A stretch of DNA of 64,000 nt from an uncultured Planctomycetota bacterium. Lineage in GTDB: Bacteria > Planctomycetota > Planctomycetia > Isosphaerales > Isosphaeraceae. The notes beneath the pieces were generated by a model. The model did no database searches. It saw only the letters and a program-made list of their open reading frames with translations, and had not been told where the DNA came from. Location of the stretch: the NCBI GenBank assembly GCA_963823665.1, contig CAWGMQ010000004.1, positions 1,536,001 to 1,600,000 of the forward strand, read 5' to 3'. The first letter of the stretch is position 1; every line of letters begins with the position of its first letter. Below are positions 1-10,400 of this stretch, piece after piece. The translations under genes and the position numbers were made by a program.

Positions 1-121
1 GAAGCTCCTTGCAGGCACTGGCGCCTACGCCGGAGCCAAGGAAAGCGGGATGCTCGAGCTGACGACCAACTCCGCCCGGAGTGAAATCGCCAGCGTCACG
101 CTCAAGAGCGCGAATTCGTGA
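1..121 (+). CDS. 3' end of a hypothetical protein (partial, runs off the window)
   Basis: Frame from nt 2 reads KLLAGTGAYAGAKESGMLELTTNSARSEIASVTLKSANS, then TGA at 119-121. Confidence 0.55.
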   Translation, partial: KLLAGTGAYAGAKESGMLELTTNSARSEIASVTLKSANS

Positions 122-249
122 GGTCCGGACCGGTCTGCTTTCGCTGCCGTGCGGCTTCATGCTTCCGGCGAGTATCGATCGTATACGAAACCCCGCTTGC
201 AAGGTTTGGTATCGTCCGCCCGATCGCAAACCCCGGCGAATTTGTCCGC

Positions 250-1905
250 TCAGTCCTCTGCGCGGGCTGGCGCTTGATCCCGCGGCGCCGGTTTGACTTC
301 TCGCCAGCGTGTCTTCGACGAGGCGGCCTGATTCGAGCGAATCGGGGCGTCTTCCTCGCTGAATTCACGCTCCCGAACGGGTGTTTCCTGAGCCGCGTCC
401 GTGCGGTCCCCGGCGCCAAGGTCAACGCGATCGTGTCCGGGCAGCTCGCTTTGTCCGGAATTCTCCGCCCTCGCCGACAGATCGCGCGTGGGTTGCCAGG
501 AGGCGCGCCGAGTAGTTCCCGATGCAGCGACGGGTTTCCGCTGCGTGCGTGTGGTGATCGGGTCGGCGATTCCCATCAAGCTCGGTGCTGGAACCATGAG
601 GTCGCCGTCGTCGCGATCGGCGCGGCGCGCTACGGGCTCATCGGAATCGGGCGTCTGGGAGCGCACGACCGATCCGGGCCCATTTCGCAGTGGCTGGCCA
701 GGCGTTCGTCGATCCGCCAAAACGGTGCCCGAATCGCCGCGGATCGGCGCATAAAGCGAGGCGAGATCGTTTTTATCGAGAATACGGTAGATTGATCGCG
801 GAGTCGCGTAGAGTCCGTGATTTCCCTGGGGCTCCGCGAAGTTGCAAACGCCCACGACGTATCCGTCCATCGTATAGAGGCCCCCGCCGGAACGCCCTTC
901 CTTGGGGGCAACGTCGCATTCGATCGCTTCATAGTTCGGATTGCCCGACAGGAAGTTCAGGATTCGGGGCCGACGCACGCGCGTGTGCCACACGGTGGCG
1001 TCATGTCCCTCCGGGCAGCCCACCGCAACGACCTTCATCCGCGACTGCAGGTCCCACGACGCCGGCACAACCCGCGACGCGGGCAACTGCCGCCCCGGTT
1101 TCATCCGGATCAAGCCGACATCGAGCGTGAAGTCGTAATCAACGGCCTTGCCTTCAACGGATTCCGCGTAGTGCACGCGGGCCGGGTCAGTTCCTTCGAG
1201 CCTGCCGTCGAAGAGGTCGATCACGATCCGCCGCGGAAACTTGGACGGAGGAGGTGTCTGTTTGCGTCCGTCGAGCTTGAAAATGTGCGCACAGGTGAGA
1301 ACCAGCGACTCCTCGGGAGTACTGTAGATCACCGTGCCCGATCCGAAACCTTTCGTGCGTTCGCCGATGACCTGGATGCGCACGACGGATTCCCAGGGCT
1401 TGGGATTGCTGAAAGTGGGCTCGGCGCGTTCCGCGTCCTCAACCCCGCGCGCGGCCACTCTGCGCCTTGGGCTGCGATCGGCATCGACATCCCTATCTTC
1501 GCCCTCCTCTTCATCCCCCGAACGGCGATCGCCGCGCGAGGCAACCAGCAGGCTCGCGTCGGCAGGCGGCCGTGCCTTGGCTGCACACGATTTGTAAAAG
1601 CGTGCCAGGTCGCCCGCCGAGCGAGGCCCGGAAAGTCGACCGAGCTCGCGGCCGTCACGATCGACAACGACAAAGGCAGGCACGGCTTCCACGCGGTACC
1701 GGCGCTGCAGGTCGGGTTCCTCGTCGATGTCGATTCGCTTGACCGGATAACCGTCGCGGATCAACTCCTCGACGGCGGGCCGGGCCTTGTGACACGGACC
1801 ACACCACTGCGCATGAAAGTTGAGCAGGACTGCTCCGGAGCTTGAATCACTCGATGGCGCGCCAGCGACGGACAAGAAAGCGAGCAGCAAGGGGGCGATG
1901 CTCAT
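250..1905 (-). CDS. Secreted thioredoxin-domain / trypsin-like serine protease fusion
   Basis: Signal peptide; WCGPC thioredoxin motif; trypsin-like triad motifs TCAHIF, DVGLI and GRSGGG; GGAG RBS upstream. Confidence 0.85.
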   Translation of the reverse strand: MSIAPLLLAFLSVAGAPSSDSSSGAVLLNFHAQWCGPCHKARPAVEELIRDGYPVKRIDIDEEPDLQRRYRVEAVPAFVVVDRDGRELGRLSGPRSAGDLARFYKSCAAKARPPADASLLVASRGDRRSGDEEEGEDRDVDADRSPRRRVAARGVEDAERAEPTFSNPKPWESVVRIQVIGERTKGFGSGTVIYSTPEESLVLTCAHIFKLDGRKQTPPPSKFPRRIVIDLFDGRLEGTDPARVHYAESVEGKAVDYDFTLDVGLIRMKPGRQLPASRVVPASWDLQSRMKVVAVGCPEGHDATVWHTRVRRPRILNFLSGNPNYEAIECDVAPKEGRSGGGLYTMDGYVVGVCNFAEPQGNHGLYATPRSIYRILDKNDLASLYAPIRGDSGTVLADRRTPGQPLRNGPGSVVRSQTPDSDEPVARRADRDDGDLMVPAPSLMGIADPITTRTQRKPVAASGTTRRASWQPTRDLSARAENSGQSELPGHDRVDLGAGDRTDAAQETPVREREFSEEDAPIRSNQAASSKTRWREVKPAPRDQAPARAED

Positions 1906-2602
1906 GCCGCCAGGACTCCTTTCCCTCGGGATAGTTCGCAGGCCAGCGTCGACAGGACGCCGTAGCGGGGATGGACCAGCTCCGTGTGACCCGCCCCCAG
2001 ACGAGGCTGGTCAGCACTTCCTGGTTGGGCCGCTCTGCGCAGGGCGTGCTGCTGTCCCCCGGGTCGCTCTCCAAGGCAAGGGCGTGCCTCGCTCGGAAAA
2101 CCCGGACGGACCGCGTCCGCGGATGCGGACGTCTTCGCCGAAAGAAGCAGATGTGGCACGAGATGACGGGCGACGTGCCGGGGAGTTTGTCTGTCCCCGA
2201 CCCTTCCTTGGGCGGCGCGCCTCGGAACGAGGGCCCCGCGACACACCATCTTGGCGCGGCGCGTCCCGCCGTTTGTACCAACCGCCCGGCCGCCCTGCAT
2301 CTGGTTTAACCCGATGCTGCCGGCGGCCGGAGAATGGCCGAACGACGGTGCCACGGCTTTCGCGAATTCCCTCCTGGCCTCTGACCCCCCACGACTTCCA
2401 GTCGAGGGTGTGCGAGATCCCGAGGGGTTCGCGTTCACCGCGGTGAGCCCCTTTTACTAGGAGTAGACAAGGAGTACCAGATCAGTTGTCGGCTTTTTGG
2501 CTGACCGGACTTGAGAATGATCCGGCGGCCGCCGCAAAAAAAGGAACTTGTCTGCTCCGAGGCTCGCCTCATCTGTCTAGTTCTTCTTGGCTTGGAGCCA
2601 GC

Positions 2603-3250
2603 TCAAGGCGCGAGCTCTTTGATCTCGATGTCCTTGTACCGAACCTCCATCGGAGGACCAACGTGCACCTGCAGCGCGATGATTCCAACTTTGTCGAATT
2701 CGGGATCCTCGCGATCGATGACGCGCGTCCCGTTCAAGTCGATTGTTACGTGCTGCCCCTTGGCTGTGATCACGAATTCGTTCCAATCATCCTTCTTTAC
2801 CAATTCCTTGGCCTTCTCCTCCGGGTAACGCTCGAGGATTCCACGACCTCTCTCCTCGTAAAGCAGACCCCAGAAGCCTTCGGCGACATCCGCCTGAGGC
2901 CCGGAAACGACACCGTCATCGGTGCGCTTACTGCGGAACTGAATGCCCGAATTGCCGTTCTTGTACTTGACCTTGGCCTTCAGCACGAAATCGCCGTATT
3001 TCTTCTCAGTCGCGAGAAACTCGTTTTTCTTGAGGTCGCCCATGGTCCGACCGACAATCTCGCCATCCTCGACGACAAACAGCGACTTGTCCTCCGGCGT
3101 CACCCAGCCAGCCAGATCCTTGCCGTTAAAAAGCCGGCGAAATTGCGCCTGATCGTCCGCCCGTGCGTTCTGCACCGGAGGCAATCCCGCGGAGCGGAGC
3201 GAGAACAGACAGAACAAAACCACTCCGGCATTACGTGTCGTGGACGTCAT
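2603..3250 (-). CDS. DUF1080 (3-keto-disaccharide hydrolase-like) secreted protein
   Basis: Motifs LFNGKDLAGW, GNSGIQFRS, WNEFVI and G.IALQVH; signal peptide follows the Met at 3250. Confidence 0.88.
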   Translation of the reverse strand: MTSTTRNAGVVLFCLFSLRSAGLPPVQNARADDQAQFRRLFNGKDLAGWVTPEDKSLFVVEDGEIVGRTMGDLKKNEFLATEKKYGDFVLKAKVKYKNGNSGIQFRSKRTDDGVVSGPQADVAEGFWGLLYEERGRGILERYPEEKAKELVKKDDWNEFVITAKGQHVTIDLNGTRVIDREDPEFDKVGIIALQVHVGPPMEVRYKDIEIKELAP

Positions 3251-4413
3251 GGGATGAACCCTTCTCAGTGAATCCGCAGATCGTTCGTCCAGCCTTGCCA
3301 ACGATTTTGTCGTCCGCGATCGGACTTCCCTTGCGGCACGTTTGGTCACGCTGCTCGATTCTGCCGCGGTCCGCGCCGTCGGTCAATCACCGAGTCTGGT
3401 GGTTGTGATGCTCGGCGCCGACAGGGTTTCGCGATGTTTCGATGAACTTCAATAATTTTCGCACCCTTTCCGTGCGGCTTTGCGGGGTAAGTGATCGATG
3501 AACCACTTGATCGGCGAATCGATGAAGTTGAGAACCGCGTTCGAAAATGTCCGGATATATGCCGAACTCCCAAGAACCGGCGCGGTTTGCAACGTACACA
3601 CTGCGGCTCTGCGTGCTCGCGTCAAATTGCGCGAATGTTGCCGAAATACCTCACGCGTCGATTACAGGAAACTCCAAACGGAGAGGCACTGTGGTTTCCA
3701 GCCAGAAACGACAGCATTAAGCCAAAGGTGCACCCGAGACCGCCATTTCAGGGCATAACATGACGAATTTGCCTTTTTTTTTGCGCTACGATCTTGCAAT
3801 CTAGCGCAAGAAATATACTATTTTGATCGGAGCCACTGTGCACAGCGAACGGTGCCAATCACAAGGAACTACAACACACGACGTGAGGTGCTGCTGGCGA
3901 TGTTATCTGGGTACTACTCGCTCTTTTTCGGGGCTTCCTGGAGCATTCGATTGGAGTGACCTGGGTGAATCGCTGAGTTCAACGACAAGGGTCAAGCAAT
4001 CTACAACCATGCGCACTCGGCCATCATTGCGGTCCTGAAATGGTCCGAAATGTGCAGAGTTGCTTCGATGTGACCACGCCATCTGGGGCGAGCCAGATGG
4101 GGTGCGGCTTCCCCGTCGCTCAACGGCTTTGTACAGCCAGCGACGGACATGTTCGACATGTGCCGCATCCAGGATTGAATTCCTTCAGGAGTTTTGAGTG
4201 CACGTTCAATCCCGGGGCTGCGGCGGCGTAGTCGCCAAAGCCCGTCCTCCGGCAAACACAACCCCAGGAACGGTGTCGAAATGGAATTCGATGACCGTCG
4301 TCTGCTCCCGCAGAGCGTTCTCCATGTTCGTCCCGCAGCCGACGTGATCCGTCGGGCTGGCAAAAATCTGTGTTCGTCGAATTTTTACATCTGAATCCAA
4401 TTTGAGGATCCAT

Positions 4414-7400
4414 ATGAAGTTGCAACACCGGATTGGTCGCTCGGTCGCTCGTCGAAGCCGGAAGCTTCAGAATACCCAGCCTTCAGTCGAGTTCGTGGAG
4501 CCCAGGGTGCTCATGGCCACTGGTTTCATCCAGGGCTACGACCTCAACAACGGCGTCGCGATCAACGACGCGACGATCCAGCTCGAGAACACCAACCCGG
4601 TATCCTACACCACGACTACGACCAACGCGAGCGGTTACTTTCAGTTCAACAACCTCGCCCCGGGCAACTACGTTGTCACCCCGACCGCGGCGGGCTACAT
4701 CTCGAACAGTGTCAAAATCCAGACGACTGTCAATCCGGCTAACGAGGTCGTCAATCCCGATGGCAGCATAGGGGTCGACGTCACCGTCGAAAATCCCGCC
4801 AGCGAGAGTGTCAAGGTGACTAACTACGAGTTTTCCGGTGGCGGCAGTCTCTATTACCAACTGAATTCAACAGCAAACAACCCAGCCAGCGAGGACACTA
4901 TCACACAGGCGAACAACGCAGGAGCGTTTGACGCGACTCTCGTCGACCCGACGACGGGACAGGCCGACACGAGCATCGTAACATACTGTTCCGACTTGTC
5001 GAACGGGCTTAGCGTAGGCCAGTTGTTCACGGTGACGCCCAGCCTGACGCCTAGCCTGACACCCCAGACGCCCGGGTCCCCCGCCACGACCCAGCCCGGC
5101 CTGGCGACGAACATCGGGCTAATAGGATATCTCTATAACACTTATGGGACGACCCTCTCGCCGGGAATTCCGCCGGCGGATACGGATAGTCCCGCCCCGA
5201 CCGCTTCAGAATTAGCATGCGGCCTGCAGGTCGCGCTCTGGACTCTCGAATACAACCAGGATGTCGGCAGCGTGACGACCACGACCACGGTGAGCGCGAC
5301 CGACCCGTTCTTCGTCAATACGACAACATCGTCCTCGGAAGTCATCGACGCGGCCAACGCCTACCTTGCCGACGCAGCGCAGGCCGCCGCACACGGCAAT
5401 TCTCAGGATTTGTATTTCCTGGATCTCGATACGAAAACCGAACAGAACCCCGACGCTGACTCCGGTCAGAGTCTGATGAGCACGGATATGCTCACCTTTA
5501 CGTCGCAGCCAACGGCTAGCGTGAGCACGGCGATTTATAACGCAGCGACGAATCAGGCGATAACCGGCAACCAGCCGCTCGGCACGTCGGTGTATGACAC
5601 GGCGGCGGTGACGACGGTGACTGGCGCGCCCACGCCCTCCGGGACGCTCACGTACTACTTCTACAACACGGCGACCCCGGTCTACGGCACGACGACTCCG
5701 GTGGGTACGCCCCAGACAGTCTCGCTGCTGCCTGACGGCAGCGTGCCCAACTCGTTGCCGACCGCACCGCTAGGCGCCGGAGCAGAGTCGTTCATCGGGG
5801 TCTACAACGGTGACAGTCATTACGCGATCGCAGTTGGAGCGGTCGAACCGCTCTCGATCAACAAGGCGACGATCACCCTCAACACGACGATCTACAACGC
5901 CGCCAATAATTCGGTGGTCACCGGAGCCTTGCCTCTGGGCTCGTCGGTGTACGATACCGCCAGCTTCACCGGCGCCGTCGCGGGCTTCACGCCCGACATC
6001 ACCCAGGTGAGTTACACATTCACGAGCCCGAGCGGCACCGCCGGGGCCGGGAGTGGTGCCCAATCGAGTACGGAAGGGCCGCTGGGCGCGGGCAGCTACA
6101 AGTTTGACGCTTCCTTCGCCGGCGACGCGAACTACAATCTGGCAGTCAGCGGCGACGAGCCGCTCTCGATCAGCAAGGCGACGATCACCCTCAACACGAC
6201 GATCTACAACGCCGCCAATAATTCGGTGGTCACCGGAGCCTTGCCTCTGGGCTCGTCGGTGTACGATACCGCCAGCTTCACCGGCGCCGTCGCGGGCTTC
6301 ACGCCCGACATCACCCAGGTGAGTTACACATTCACGAGCCCGAGCGGCACCGCCGGGGCCGGGAGTGGTGCCCAATCGAGTACGGAAGGGCCGCTGGGCG
6401 CGGGCAGCTACAAGTTTGACGCTTCCTTCGCCGGCGACGCGAACTACAATCTGGCAGTCAGCGGCGACGAGCCGCTCTCGATCAGCAAGGCGACGATCAC
6501 CCTCAACACCACGATCTACAACGCCGCCAATAATTCGGTGGTGACCGGAGCCTTGCCCCTGGGCTCGTCAGTGTACGATACGGCCAGCTTCACCGGCGGC
6601 GTCGCCGGCTTCACGCCCGACATCACCCAGGTGAGTTACACATTCACGAGCCCGAGCGGCACCGCCGGGGCCGGGAGTGGTGCCCAATCGAGTACGGAAG
6701 GGCCGCTGGGCGCGGGCAGCTACAAGTTTGACGCTTCCTTCGCCGGCGACGCGAACTACAATCTGGCAGTCAGCGGCGACGAGCCGCTCTCGATCAGCAA
6801 GGCGACGATCACCCTCAACACCACGATCTACAACGCCGCCAATAATTCGGTGGTGACCGGAGCCTTGCCCCTGGGCTCGTCAGTGTACGATACGGCCAGC
6901 TTCACCGGCGGCGTCGCCGGCTTCACGCCCGACATCACCCAGGTGAGTTACACATTCACGAGCCCGAGCGGCACCGCCGGGGCCGGGAGTGGTGCCCAAT
7001 CGAGTACGGAAGGGCCGCTGGGGGCGGGCAGCTACAAGTTTGACGCTTCCTTCGCCGGCGACGCGAACTACAATCTGGCAGTCAGCGGCGACGAGCCGCT
7101 CTCGATCAACAAAGCGACCATCACCCTCAACACGACGATCTACAACGCCGCCAATAATTCGGTGGTGACCGGAGCCTTGCCCCTGGGCTCGTCAGTGTAC
7201 GATACGGCCAGCTTCACCGGCGGCGTCGCCGGCTTCACGCCCGACATCACCCAGGTGAGTTACACATTCACGAGCCCGACCGGCACCGCTGCGGCCGGGA
7301 GTGGTGCCCAATCGAGTACGGAAGGGCCGCTGGGGGCGGGCAGCTACAAGTTTGACGCTTCCTTCGCCGGCGACGCGAACTACAATCTGGCAGTCAGCGG

Positions 7401-10400
7401 CGACGAGCCGCTCTCGATCAACAAAGCGACCATCACCCTCAACACGACGATCTACAACGCCGCCAATAATTCGGTGGTGACCGGAGCCTTGCCCCTGGGC
7501 TCGTCAGTGTACGATACGGCCAGCTTCACCGGCGGCGTCGCCGGCTTCACGCCCGACATCACCCAGGTGAGTTACACATTCACGAGCCCGACCGGCACCG
7601 CGGGGGCCGGGAGTGGTGCCCAATCGAGTACGGAAGGGCCGCTGGGTGCGGGCAGCTACAAGTTTGACGCTTCCTTCGCCGGCGACGCGAACTACAATCT
7701 GGCAGTCAGCGGCGACGAGCCGCTCTCGATCAACAAGGCGACGATAACCCTCAACACCACGATCTACAACGCCGCCAATAATTCGGTGGTCACCGGAGCC
7801 TTGCCTCTGGGCTCGTCGGTGTACGATACCGCCAGCTTCACCGGCGCCGTCGCGGGCTTCACGCCTGCCATCAGCCAGGTGAGTTACACATTCACGAGCC
7901 CGACCGGCACCGCGGGGGCCGGGAGTGGTGGCCAATCGACTACGGAAGGGCCGCTGGGTGCGGGCAGCTACAAGTTTGACGCTTCCTTCGCCGGCGACGC
8001 GAACTACAATCTCGCGGTCAGCGGCGACGAGCCGCTCTCGATCAACAAGGCGACGATCACCCTCAACACCACGATCTACAACGCCGCCAATAATTCGGTG
8101 GTCACCGGAGCCTTGCCTCTGGGCTCGTCGGTGTACGATACCGCCAGCTTCACCGGCGCCGTCGCGGGCTTCACGCCTGCCATCAGCCAAGTGAGTTACA
8201 CATTCACGAGCCCGACCGGCACCGCGGGGGCCGGGAGTGGTGGCCAATCGACTACGGAAGGGCCGCTGGGTGCGGGCAGCTACAAGTTTGACGCTTCCTT
8301 CGCCGGCGACGCGAACTACAATCTCGCGGTCAGCGGCGACGAGCCGCTCTCGATCAACAAGGCGACCATCACCCTCAACACCACGATCTACAACGCCGCC
8401 AATAATTCGGTGGTCACCGGAGCCTTGCCTCTGGGCTCGTCGGTGTACGATACCGCCAGCTTCACCGGCGCCGTCGCGGGCTTCACGCCTGCCATCAGCC
8501 AGGTGAGTTACACATTCACGAGCCCGACCGGCACCGCGGGGGCCGGGAGTGGTGGCCAATCGACTACGGAAGGGCCGCTGGGTGCGGGCAGCTACAAGTT
8601 TGACGCTTCCTTCGCCGGCGACGCGAACTACAATCTCGCGGTCAGCGGCGACGAGCCGCTCTCGATCAACAAGGCGACGATCACCCTCAACACCACGATC
8701 TACAACGCCGCCAATAATTCGGTGGTCACCGGAGCCTTGCCTCTGGGCTCGTCGGTGTACGATACCGCCAGCTTCACCGGCGCCGTCGCGGGCTTCACGC
8801 CTGCCATCAGCCAGGTGAGTTACACATTCACGAGCCCGACCGGCACCGCGGGGGCCGGGAGTGGTGGCCAATCGACAACGGAAGGGCCGCTGGGTGCGGG
8901 CAGCTACAAGTTTGACGCTTCCTTCGCCGGCGACGCGAACTACAATCTCGCGGTCAGCGGCGACGAGCCGTTGACGATCAGCCAGGGTGTGACCGGTCAG
9001 GGCGTAGCGAGCGTGAACACGACGATCTACGATTCGTCGGGCGGAGCGGTGACGAAAGCGTTGGGTGAGAAGGTGTACGACACGGCGACGGTGACGGGCA
9101 CGCCGTTCACGCCGACTGGGACGGTGACGTACTACTTCTACAACACCGCGAGTCCGGTGTATGGCACGACGACGCCGGTGGGAACGCCGCAGAAAGTGAC
9201 GCTGGGCGCCAACGCGAGCGTTCCAAATTCGGCGACGACTGCGGGATTGACCGCAGGGAGCTACTCGTTCATTGCGTACTACAGTGGCGATAGTAACTAC
9301 ACGGGATACGCGGGTGCGGTCGAGCCGTTGACGATCAACAAAGGTTCGTCGAACGTGAGCACCACGATCTTGGATTGTGGCGGCGGAGCGGTGACGAGTG
9401 CGCTGGGCGAGAAGGTGTACGACACGGCGACGGTGACGGGCACGCCGTTCACACCGACGGGGACGGTGACGTACTACTTCTACAACACCGCGAGCCCGGT
9501 GTATGGCACGACAACGCCGGTGGGCACGCCGCAGAAAGTGACGCTGAATGCCAACGGGAGCGTGCCGAACTCGGCAACGACGGCGGCACTCGGAGCCGGC
9601 GGCTACTCATTCATTGGAGTCTACAGCGGTGACAGCAACTACAACGGGTACCAGGGCGCGATCGAGCCGTTGACGATAGGCAAGGCCAGTCCGTCGATCA
9701 CGACGTCCCCGAATCCGACCGTCTTCACAATCGGCACTTCGTGCGGCCCACTGACGGACTCGGCAACAATTTCCGGTGGCTCAAACCCCGGCGGCACGAT
9801 CACGTTCACTCTGTATGCCCCAGGTTGCAACACGCCGGTGGACACGGAAACGGTCAATGTCACGAGCGGTGACGGCACCTACACCACGCCCAAGGGCTAC
9901 GCACTTCCCTCGAATCCGACGCCCGGCGTCTACCAGTGGGATGCGACGTATAACGGTGATAGCAACAACAACAAGGCAATCGACTCCGGCAACGCGTGGG
10001 AGCAGGTCGAGGTGGTCTCGCCGTGCTGCAACGACGTGTCGAATGTCTCGTTCTCGTTGACGAACAACGGCAAGACCACGACGGTCAGCGACCTCTCGGG
10101 TAACACCCAGCAGGGCGAGACCGTGACCGCAAACTTCACGGTACCCGCGGGCTACTACGACCAGCTCACGCTCGTGACGTACACAGCCCCTGAGGGGTGG
10201 TACAACGCCGACGACGCCAACCTGCAGGTCGTCTCATCGGTCGTGACCGGCTTCTTCGGACCGGGTGCGCACACGCTCGGCCCCGTCACGATCCCAAACT
10301 CGTTCTACCAGATCGACTTCGTCTGCGGCAGTGTGATCACCACGCTTGGCCCCGAATCGACGAACCCCAACAACTTCTACCACGCTCAGAACCGCTTCAT

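Noticed and set aside
1906..2602. 700-bp intergenic region as an sRNA or small gene (terminator-like hairpin near 2423-2455)
   Set aside because: No recognisable RNA family motif or credible ORF; short hairpins are expected at this GC content.
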